Source: a virus. Taken from it: DNA of 64,000 nucleotides. The notes beneath the pieces are model-generated. The model saw only the letters and a program-made list of their open reading frames with translations, was not told where the DNA came from and did no database searches. The position numbers and the translations under genes are program-made. The DNA lies in the IMG/VR virus record IMGVR_UViG_3300010883_000011, positions 1 to 64,000 of that record; one strand, 5' to 3'. Positions within the stretch are counted from its first letter, which is position 1, and the number at the start of each line of letters is the position of its first letter. Shown piece after piece: positions 57,973 to 64,000 of the stretch.

Positions 57973-59891
57973 GTGGCGGGACTTGGCTGGAACAAGTCAA
58001 GCGAACCGCCGTTTCCGACGCTGGGCGCGCTTTGGGTCTACACCCTGGCAGGATGGGTAGCCTCGGCCCTTGTCCCGCCTGTAAAGCCCCCAAGAGGGGT
58101 TCGTCGGACCCACGCGGGCCAATCGGGGTGGGAGGATCTGGGCAGGCGTGGGAGTGCTTCCGTTGTCACGCGAAGGGAGACGTGGTTGATCTTGTTTCCC
58201 ATATTCAGGCCGGTTGTCGTTTCCGAGAGGCTTCACCGGAAGCGAGACAGTCTGTACGGGACTTGTGCTTCCGTATGAAGTGGTGCGACGACAAGCCGGT
58301 CCCGGTTCAGTCTATCGCAAGAATCACAGGACGAGGTACACCAGACGCCAGCGTCGTTTCCCATGCGTCGGAGTCTGCGCCCGAGACTGGTTCCTTTGCG
58401 TGGCGAGACAACCTCCACGGACAGGCCGTGCATACGCTTCACAACACCCAAGAGGGGGAGCAGGTTTGCAAGTACCTACGGGAACGCGGTTTTGAACAGT
58501 GGATTCTCGATGACTATGGCCTTGGCGCACTTGTCATAGACTCGCAGACGTGGCTTGTGATTCCTTTGCGTGACGCCAAGGGAACCGTGGTCAATCTACG
58601 ATTTCGTTCTATTCCTCCCGCGAAGAAAACATACAGAGTATGCCCAGGACGACCACTCCCTCTCTTTGGTGGGGACTGCCTCTCGGCAGATACCAGCGCA
58701 GAAGTCTTGATAGCTGAAGGGGAGTTGGACGTTCTCGCTCTCTACCAGTACGGTTATCAAACAAACTGTGTAAGTGGAACCGCAGGGGCGTCGGCAAACT
58801 GGAAAGAGTCCTGGCTGGATTTACTGGAGCCATATTCATCGTTTGTCTTGTGCTACGACGACGACGAAGCAGGAGAGGCTGGGGCGAAGAAGCTCTCTAC
58901 GAAGCTCGGAGACTACCGATGCAGTCGAGCCAAGTTCCCTCACAACGATGCAAATGATTGTTTGATGTTGGGTGTAAAGACCCAGAGCATCGTTGACTCT
59001 ATTGCAAACGCAGCCCCCATGATCGGGGTGTCGTTGCTACGCGTTCACCAATTTACCGAGGATTTGGAAAAGCTCATCACTAATCCAGACGACTTGGTTG
59101 GTAGACCTACTGGCTCGCTCAAGCTGGACAAGCTGCTTGGCGGTGTTCGGCCCGGTCTGTGGGTGTTCACCGGGGAGACAGGGCACGGAAAGACCACCTT
59201 CGCCACTTGGCTTATACGAGAACAAGCCCTGCTCGGCGTGCCTGTCATGCTTACGTCCTTTGAACAGCGACCTATCGGTACGGTCCAGAAGCTACTTCGA
59301 AGCCAAATGGGAGGAGACTTCCTAAAACATACAGTGGAGGAACGTCGAGAGGCGTTAGCCGAGTTGGGGCGATTGCCGATCTTCATCATGGATCATTATG
59401 GCGAAGCGTCCGCGGAGAAAATCGTAGACACCCTTCGCTACGCCAGAAGAAGACACGGGGTACAGGTGGCGCTCATTGATCATCTTGGATTCTTGACCAG
59501 GGGATCCGGTGACAGGGAGCGGCAGGCTATCGAAGAAGTGGTCAGGACATTGGCCCTAAACGCGGTTCAAGACGGCATTACTATAATCTTGATCTGCCAC
59601 CCGAATCGTACCTTCTCCGCACAGCAACGGCGTGTCCTGATATCAGATCTCAAAGGCGCATCTGCCATCGAGCAGGACTCCCACGTTGGGTTGGTTATCG
59701 AGCGGCAGGCAATAGTCTCCACAAGGGGGTTTCCGGCAGCGAAGATTTACGTCGACAAGGTGAGATCAGAATTCGGGTCGCCCGGCGGACATATTCTGCT
59801 TCCATTCGATCCGTTGGCGTGCGTCTATTCGGACACCTGGGAGGACACCCCAAGCGGAATGAGTGGCCTAAAGCCTGTTTCTCCATGTTGA
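57969..59891 (+). CDS. Primase-helicase (T7 gp4/Twinkle-like)
   Basis: Zn finger, TOPRIM EGELD / YDDDEAG, GETGHGKT, IDHL, HP, DLKGA..IEQD. Confidence 0.9.
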   Translation: MSGGTWLEQVKRTAVSDAGRALGLHPGRMGSLGPCPACKAPKRGSSDPRGPIGVGGSGQAWECFRCHAKGDVVDLVSHIQAGCRFREASPEARQSVRDLCFRMKWCDDKPVPVQSIARITGRGTPDASVVSHASESAPETGSFAWRDNLHGQAVHTLHNTQEGEQVCKYLRERGFEQWILDDYGLGALVIDSQTWLVIPLRDAKGTVVNLRFRSIPPAKKTYRVCPGRPLPLFGGDCLSADTSAEVLIAEGELDVLALYQYGYQTNCVSGTAGASANWKESWLDLLEPYSSFVLCYDDDEAGEAGAKKLSTKLGDYRCSRAKFPHNDANDCLMLGVKTQSIVDSIANAAPMIGVSLLRVHQFTEDLEKLITNPDDLVGRPTGSLKLDKLLGGVRPGLWVFTGETGHGKTTFATWLIREQALLGVPVMLTSFEQRPIGTVQKLLRSQMGGDFLKHTVEERREALAELGRLPIFIMDHYGEASAEKIVDTLRYARRRHGVQVALIDHLGFLTRGSGDRERQAIEEVVRTLALNAVQDGITIILICHPNRTFSAQQRRVLISDLKGASAIEQDSHVGLVIERQAIVSTRGFPAAKIYVDKVRSEFGSPGGHILLPFDPLACVYSDTWEDTPSGMSGLKPVSPC

Positions 59892-59943
59892 TCGCGTTAC
59901 GGTTGGCCGCCAGATTGCTAAAACGAAACGAGGATTTCACCCC

Positions 59944-60843
59944 ATGATTATCGATCTCACAGAGCGCACGACCGAAGGGCAGGGCATGTTGTCGCGGATT
60001 GCTGTCAGAAGAGACGGGACCAGCGAGGACGACTTGCTCTTTGACGCCGACATTGGATTCGAAATTCAATCGAGCGACGACGCGAAGATCATTAGTAAAC
60101 TCATCCCAGGCGCCAGCGAGTTGTACGAACAGGTAGAGGCGGGTGACGAGCGTAAGACAACTATTCGTGCATCCCTGGCCGACCGGAGCGTCCACGTTGA
60201 GCTTTGTGATCTGAATGGTGAGGTGTTGGCGGCTGGACCGACAGAGATTCGGTCGGTTGTCTACAAGGCTGATCCGGTCGCAGTTTATATGACCGTGAGG
60301 TTCCGGTTCTTTGGTATCTCGGAGGACAAGTCTGGTCAGATTGTCAACGCTCTCGGTCGCCGTGTCGCTGTGCTCGCGGAGCATCTACAGCAGGTTTTCG
60401 ACTATGCCAACCCAGGAGATACTCCCATAGCTGAAAGAAGCCCAGACATGAACGATGTGGTGACTTTTCAGAATGGAGAGGACCACGAATTCGGCATGGT
60501 CGTTGGGGAGGGGAACGGGCAGATCGAGGTATCCAATTTTACAAGCGTCAAGACCATTGATGACTCTACTGTCGTGTCCCGAATCTCTGTGACCGGGGAG
60601 GCGGGTGTGCCGCTGGCAACGACACTGATGAACTACCACATGGAATGCAGGACAATGGATGTCATCCCTAACTGGCAGTGGTTGTTGCTTGCGCTTGGGG
60701 AAACCTATGCGACCGCAGAAGAAACAGAGGCTCCGTTGGTCATCGATGGCGCCGTGATTGCACTTGCTGTGTCGCGGGCAAGGTCAGTGCTGACCCCAGA
60801 CTTCTCGGACAAGGATCGCTCCGGTGAAGCACAGAGTCATTAG
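59944..60843 (+). CDS. Hypothetical protein
   Basis: 299 aa acidic ORF. Confidence 0.65.
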   Translation: MIIDLTERTTEGQGMLSRIAVRRDGTSEDDLLFDADIGFEIQSSDDAKIISKLIPGASELYEQVEAGDERKTTIRASLADRSVHVELCDLNGEVLAAGPTEIRSVVYKADPVAVYMTVRFRFFGISEDKSGQIVNALGRRVAVLAEHLQQVFDYANPGDTPIAERSPDMNDVVTFQNGEDHEFGMVVGEGNGQIEVSNFTSVKTIDDSTVVSRISVTGEAGVPLATTLMNYHMECRTMDVIPNWQWLLLALGETYATAEETEAPLVIDGAVIALAVSRARSVLTPDFSDKDRSGEAQSH

Positions 60844-61102
60844 AGATATGGACTACTTTGACCCAGACGCAAGCCCGGCAAGGATGGTTACTATCAAGCA
60901 GGGCACTGTGATTGAACAGGTGCCGTTGAGTAGCCTGACTCACGCCGAAATGGGCGCCTATGAACGAGAGGGAAGGGCTCATGCTGGCAATGCCCGCCCC
61001 GTAGCGTTTCGATGGGATGGTCATGTTCGGATAGCTTCAACGATTGTTGATCTTGAACCGGTTTCTCGTTCGTCCATATCCGCTGGAGTGGTTAGACATT
61101 AG
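60824..61102 (+). CDS. Hypothetical protein
   Basis: Co-oriented, short overlap. Confidence 0.5.
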   Translation: MKHRVIRDMDYFDPDASPARMVTIKQGTVIEQVPLSSLTHAEMGAYEREGRAHAGNARPVAFRWDGHVRIASTIVDLEPVSRSSISAGVVRH

Positions 61103-61132
61103 CACCGCGAAACGAGTCCCAGGAGGACCTAA

Positions 61133-61387
61133 GTGGCGAATTGTAGACTGTATAAACTTGACGCAAGAGATCTGGATCGCGCAGTAGACGATCCAGCGTT
61201 GACCGCTATTCTTAGGCAGGGCTGGTCAGTAGTTGCTCCAGTTGCCTTAGAGGACAAAGGAGTGGTGTCGGTCGCGCTGATCTTGGCACCACCGCCCCCA
61301 TTGGATTGGAAGAGAGGGCTTCTGCTCGGACTCTCTGTAGCTATAGGCTCGTTGGTTGGTGGATTCCTTCATGGGGTTCTCTTGTGA
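61133..61387 (+). CDS. Small membrane protein
   Basis: AGGAGG RBS; C-terminal TM; GTGA-coupled to queE. Confidence 0.6.
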   Translation: MANCRLYKLDARDLDRAVDDPALTAILRQGWSVVAPVALEDKGVVSVALILAPPPPLDWKRGLLLGLSVAIGSLVGGFLHGVLL

Positions 61388-62055
61388 TTATCAAAGAGAT
61401 CTTTCCCACGCTCCAGGGGGAGGGTAGCAAGGCTGGTCGGCCTGCTGTCTTCATTCGGTTGGCTGGCTGCAATCTGTGGTCTGGAAAGGAAGCGGGGCGT
61501 TCTACAGGGAAAGGCACTTGTGCGTTGTGGTGTGACACAGACTTCGTCGGCGGAACCAAATACAACACTCAAGAACTTTGGGAAACGGTGAATAATCTGA
61601 TGCAGGGATGGGCCGCCCCATTCGTTGTCATCACGGGCGGGGAGCCAGGGCTACAGCTTCAAAAACCCGAAAACCGCGAAACCGTTACCTTCCTTCTTGA
61701 ACGTGATGTTGCCGTCGCTGTGGAAACCAATGGCACGATATCATGTGTCGCTTTCGATCTCTTGATGGACTTTCCTAACGGACACCTCACTGTCAGCCCA
61801 AAGATGTTGGGCAACGATATCGAAAGCCTCCACCATATCGTTCAGCGTCGCGGTACAGATCTCAAAGTGGTCGTTCCGAGTGAAGCGGCCCTGCATCTTT
61901 CTGAAATGGATACCTGGGACTTTGAACACAAGTACATCCAACCGCTGGACATAGGGGACACCGGAAGCGAGGCTTTGCCATCGTGCATGGGTGTCGCACA
62001 GGGTCTTGGGTGGTCTGTGTCGGTACAAACACACAAACTGATAGGTCTACCATGA
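61384..62055 (+). CDS. queE: 7-carboxy-7-deazaguanine synthase (radical SAM)
   Basis: EIF.TLQGEG, RLAGCNL...CDTDF, TGGEP, ETNG, SPK, QP, QTHK. Confidence 0.92.
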   Translation: MIIKEIFPTLQGEGSKAGRPAVFIRLAGCNLWSGKEAGRSTGKGTCALWCDTDFVGGTKYNTQELWETVNNLMQGWAAPFVVITGGEPGLQLQKPENRETVTFLLERDVAVAVETNGTISCVAFDLLMDFPNGHLTVSPKMLGNDIESLHHIVQRRGTDLKVVVPSEAALHLSEMDTWDFEHKYIQPLDIGDTGSEALPSCMGVAQGLGWSVSVQTHKLIGLP

Positions 62056-62636
62056 ACGAGAAACCTTCAAGAGAAGCAGCAGAAGAAGCAGTCAGAACCC
62101 TCCTGCGGTACGCAGGCGACAACCCAGACAGGGAGGGGCTGGCCGGGACACCGGGCCGGGTGGTACGCGGCTATGACGAATGGTTCGGCGGGTACCGCCA
62201 AGACCCTGTGTCGCTGATGTCTACCACCTTCGAAGAAATCGAAGGGTATGACGAGATCGTCGCTCTACGAGACATTCGGCTGGAGTCCCATTGTGAACAC
62301 CACATGGTTCCGATCATTGGCAAGGTTCATGTTGCGTACCTACCGACCAATCGGGTCGTTGGCATTTCCAAGCTGGCGCGGGTGGTAGAGGCGTATGGAA
62401 AACGTCTTCAGATACAAGAGGTCTTGACAACCCAAATCGCCGACGCAATCGAGGAAGCTCTTGAGCCACGGGGGGTGGCGGTCGTCATTGAAGCATCGCA
62501 CATGTGCATGTCCACTCGGGGCGTCAGAAAGCACGGCGTGTCAATGTGGACTTCGGCTATGCGTGGCGTGTTCAGAGATAAACCAGAAGCCCGCCAGGAG
62601 GTTCTTTCTCTTCTTGGCGTCAGCCGATTGCGCTAA
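62052..62636 (+). CDS. folE: GTP cyclohydrolase I
   Basis: TP.RV, SHCEHH, GISKLAR, RLQIQE, HMCM..RGV. Confidence 0.95.
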   Translation: MNEKPSREAAEEAVRTLLRYAGDNPDREGLAGTPGRVVRGYDEWFGGYRQDPVSLMSTTFEEIEGYDEIVALRDIRLESHCEHHMVPIIGKVHVAYLPTNRVVGISKLARVVEAYGKRLQIQEVLTTQIADAIEEALEPRGVAVVIEASHMCMSTRGVRKHGVSMWTSAMRGVFRDKPEARQEVLSLLGVSRLR

Positions 62637-62660
62637 CCCCTACGCCACACTGGAGAACTT

Positions 62661-63404
62661 ATGGCACTTAGTATGGGACATATAGACAACCAACACGAAT
62701 CAGATCCTCGCTCCAAGCGAGCGATTGTTCTGCTGTCGGGTGGGCAGGACTCCACCACCTGTCTGTATTGGGCGCTGGATCGGTTTGAAACGGTACATGC
62801 ACTCTCAATCAACTACGGACAGAAACACCACATCGAAAACGATGCCGCGAAGAAGATCGCTGAGATGGCAAACGTGTCGTTGGAGATTCTGGATCTGCCC
62901 CGCCTTCTGGTTGGTACCAGCCCGCTTGTGAGTGATAATGAGCTTGGCAAATACGACAACGCAGAGGAGCTACCGGGGGGGATTGAGCCAACCTTTGTCC
63001 CAGGACGCAACGCCCTGTTCCTCGTCATTGCCGCCAACCGCGCCATGGCAAAGGGCGCACGGCATATCGTGACGGGCGTGTGCGAAGAAGACTATGGGGG
63101 CTATCCGGACTGCCGACAGGTCTTCATCACTTCAATGCAGAAGTCTATCGGGCTCGCCATGACTTCCAATGAAGCAGAGCTTGAGATCCATACACCGCTC
63201 ATGTCCCTCAACAAGAAAGCCACCGTCTTTATGGCGCAGCGGTTCGACGGCTGCATGGACGCCATAGCGTGGTCGCATACCTGCTATGAGGGGTCGTGCC
63301 CGCCGTGTGGTGAGTGCCATGCGTGCATTCTACGCTCAAGAGGGTTTGAGCAGGCCGGGGTAGCAGATCCGCTTGTCGAACGATGCGAGGCCACAAATGT
63401 CTGA
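62661..63404 (+). CDS. queC: 7-cyano-7-deazaguanine synthase
   Basis: SGGQDSTT, YGQKH, VPGRN, YPDCR, CY...CGEC.AC..R. Confidence 0.95.
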   Translation: MALSMGHIDNQHESDPRSKRAIVLLSGGQDSTTCLYWALDRFETVHALSINYGQKHHIENDAAKKIAEMANVSLEILDLPRLLVGTSPLVSDNELGKYDNAEELPGGIEPTFVPGRNALFLVIAANRAMAKGARHIVTGVCEEDYGGYPDCRQVFITSMQKSIGLAMTSNEAELEIHTPLMSLNKKATVFMAQRFDGCMDAIAWSHTCYEGSCPPCGECHACILRSRGFEQAGVADPLVERCEATNV

Positions 63405-63531
63405 AAAGATGAACGTCAATGAAGCGATGAGTGGTTGCCTAATGCTCTGCGCCAGCGCCAGCATCATGTTGCTGGGGATTGGAGGATTCGTTTTCCTTCT
63501 GTCCAAGTCTGGTTGTATTGGTGCCGGGTAG
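63397..63531 (+). CDS. 44-aa membrane peptide (not in ORF track)
   Basis: Bridges queC and dpdA-like gene; hydrophobic helix. Confidence 0.45.
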   Translation: MSEKMNVNEAMSGCLMLCASASIMLLGIGGFVFLLSKSGCIGAG

Positions 63532-64000
63532 GTGGGGCTATACGCGCCAGCCAGGGATCGTGAGTTTGGTGTCTTGATGTCATTTCACTATTTCCAAAAG
63601 GACGATATCTCGCGCATGGTAAATGGTTGGCCGTGGCGACCTAAGATCTTCACGGACTCGGGCGGCTTCTCTGCCCATACGCAGGGGTGCGACGTAGACC
63701 TGCACGACTACGCCCGCTGGATACGCAAACACCAAGGCGTCATAGACCATTATGCGAATCTGGATGTGGTGTATGACTGGAGAAAGACTCTCCAGAACCA
63801 GCTTCGAATGGAACGGCTTGGCTTGAGGCCGATGCCCGTGCTTCACTTCCGGTCGCCTGTAGAGGAGATCGAGAGGTACAAGAGGCGTGGCTATGACTCC
63901 ATGTGCTTGGGGGGGCTTGTTCCCTACAACCTCTACATTAGCCGGGCCTTGGCCTCGCTTGCTGGCTCAAGAGATCCGGCAAGTCTTCCCAGGGCGGAGG
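63532..64000 (+). CDS. dpdA: DpdA-like TGT-fold DNA transglycosylase, truncated by window end (not in ORF track)
   Basis: Own translation: LMSFHYF...IFTDSGGFSA...YANLDV...PVLH...LGGLV; follows queE-folE-queC. Confidence 0.8.
   Translation, partial: MGLYAPARDREFGVLMSFHYFQKDDISRMVNGWPWRPKIFTDSGGFSAHTQGCDVDLHDYARWIRKHQGVIDHYANLDVVYDWRKTLQNQLRMERLGLRPMPVLHFRSPVEEIERYKRRGYDSMCLGGLVPYNLYISRALASLAGSRDPASLPRAE

Noticed and set aside
61384-63404. Host queuosine/folate operon marking a prophage boundary
   Set aside because: Genes are coupled to phage-like small ORFs and followed by a dpdA-like gene, which fits a phage cluster.

Overview
This window is most of a tailed dsDNA phage genome or prophage (long tape measure, no sheath gene, so siphovirus-like), apparently cut at both ends. 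357-12569 is a minus-strand 'early' block: a Cas7/RAMP-like gene, an HTH protein, a sigma-70-like protein, many small ORFs and a MoxR/RavA AAA+ with its VWA partner. Four sigma-70 promoters in this block share a palindromic operator. 12873-45865 is a plus-strand morphogenesis block: portal-gpF fusion, protease/scaffold, capsid, neck, tail tube, chaperones, tape measure and tail tip. It is interrupted by a sugar-modification set (epimerase, SGNH-like, multi-GT2/TPR), a Dam-type methylase and a DUF2589-like pair. 48057-52530 holds further fibre/lectin-like genes. 52694-60843 is recombination and replication (SF2 helicase, PD-(D/E)XK nuclease, Sak4-like ATPase, SSB, RuvC-like, primase-helicase). 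61384-64000 is a 7-deazaguanine DNA-modification cluster (queE, folE, queC, truncated dpdA-like gene). The best candidate for an unusual system is at the left edge. A stand-alone Cas7/Csm3-like RAMP gene (357-1244, minus) has no recognisable cas neighbours. It is followed by a long hairpin (294-344) and a non-coding array with strict 5-nt periodicity (GGY-NN on the + strand), punctuated into 33-48 nt units. This looks like a minimal, non-CRISPR RNA-guided module. All family assignments come from motif recognition by eye; no searches were run. No terminase large subunit, endolysin, integrase or DNA polymerase was recognised.
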